Shown here one piece after another: positions 63,328 through 64,000 of a DNA stretch of 64,000 nucleotides. Origin of the DNA: Rhodanobacteraceae bacterium (GTDB taxonomy: Bacteria > Pseudomonadota > Gammaproteobacteria > Xanthomonadales > Rhodanobacteraceae); contig BTVG01000006.1 of NCBI GenBank assembly GCA_045864815.1, positions 61,611 to 125,610 on the forward strand, read 5' to 3'. Both the position numbers and the translations under genes were made by a program. Positions within the stretch are counted from its first letter, which is position 1. Each line of letters starts with the position of its first letter. Below the pieces are notes generated by a model, which saw only the letters and a program-made list of their open reading frames with translations, was not told the origin of the DNA and did not search any database.

Positions 63328-64000
63328 GTGAAAGAGACGTTATATCGCTCGCTGCGTTGGCTCGACGCGCGTTTCGCGCCGGTCGCGCGCCATCTGCCCG
63401 AAACACTGAAGGCACCACTGCGCCGGATCGCGCGCGCGACCGATCGCACCAGCGGCTGCCGAGCGCCCGCTGCGTCCACGACGGACGAGGATGCACTGAC
63501 AGGCGAGGCCGTGGCGCCCGACAATGGCATGGTAATGCCAACGGTGGACGTCGTCGGCCCGGGCGCCGAAGTCGGCAGCAGTGACGGCAAGACCGACACC
63601 TATGCGGAACGCCTGCAGCGGGAACGGGAAATCTTCGCCGACCAGATCGACATCAATGCACTTCCGCGCATTTACCACTACTGGTCGCACACGTATCTGC
63701 GACCCAAGCTCGAGCAGTTCGGCTGCGCCAACCCCGACGAATTCTTCGCCGACGCACTGTTGGCGGCCGCGCGGGATGCCGGCACGCGCACGGCACGTTT
63801 CGTGAGCCTCGGTGCCGGCAACTGCGATACCGAAGTCCGCGTCGCGCAGATACTCGTGTCCCGGGGACTCTCGGACTTCACGCTGGAGTGCGTCGACATC
63901 AACCCGGTCATGCTGGAACGCGGTGCCACGCTCGCTCGGGAAACCGGCCTTGCCACCCGGGTTCTACCGATCACTGGCGACTTCAACGACTGGCAGCCAG
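63328..64000 (+). CDS. Class I SAM-dependent methyltransferase, paralogue of 60472..61584 (3'-truncated; not in the ORF track)
   Basis: Frame 1 open to the window end: LPRIYHYWSHTYLRP, VSLGAGNCD, ECVDI, GDFNDWQP; GTG 63328 estimated, TACACT upstream. Confidence 0.85.
   Translation, partial: MKETLYRSLRWLDARFAPVARHLPETLKAPLRRIARATDRTSGCRAPAASTTDEDALTGEAVAPDNGMVMPTVDVVGPGAEVGSSDGKTDTYAERLQREREIFADQIDINALPRIYHYWSHTYLRPKLEQFGCANPDEFFADALLAAARDAGTRTARFVSLGAGNCDTEVRVAQILVSRGLSDFTLECVDINPVMLERGATLARETGLATRVLPITGDFNDWQP

Overview
High-GC gammaproteobacterial chromosome segment. The housekeeping gene order (miaB-ybeZ-ybeY, tdh/kbl, hda-purMN, murA-bolA, kdsDC-lptCAB-rpoN-hpf-PTS) suggests Xanthomonadales, probably a Dokdonella-like member of the Rhodanobacteraceae (inference). 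No rRNA, tRNA, CRISPR array, transposase or integrase was recognised. Accessory genes for secreted proteins sit inside conserved operons. The most striking signal is a short C-terminal motif, approximately D-x-[ILV]-F-x-[DNST]-[GDST]-[FL]-[EDQ], on six otherwise unrelated signal-peptide proteins (three beta-helix proteins, a beta-propeller, a peptidylarginine/agmatine deiminase and a Cys-rich protein). It is a candidate uncharacterised sorting or anchoring signal, and two of its carriers lie beside TIGR02999/ECF43-type sigma factors. Other points of interest: back-to-back PHO boxes driving an apparently leaderless, pstS-less pstCAB-phoU operon and a divergent GT4+PAP2 pair (likely lipid remodelling); a beta-helix gene broken by one in-frame TAA; and duplicated methyltransferases flanking a GT-C-like membrane protein. 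All calls come from motif recognition by eye; no database searches were run, and many start codons are best estimates.
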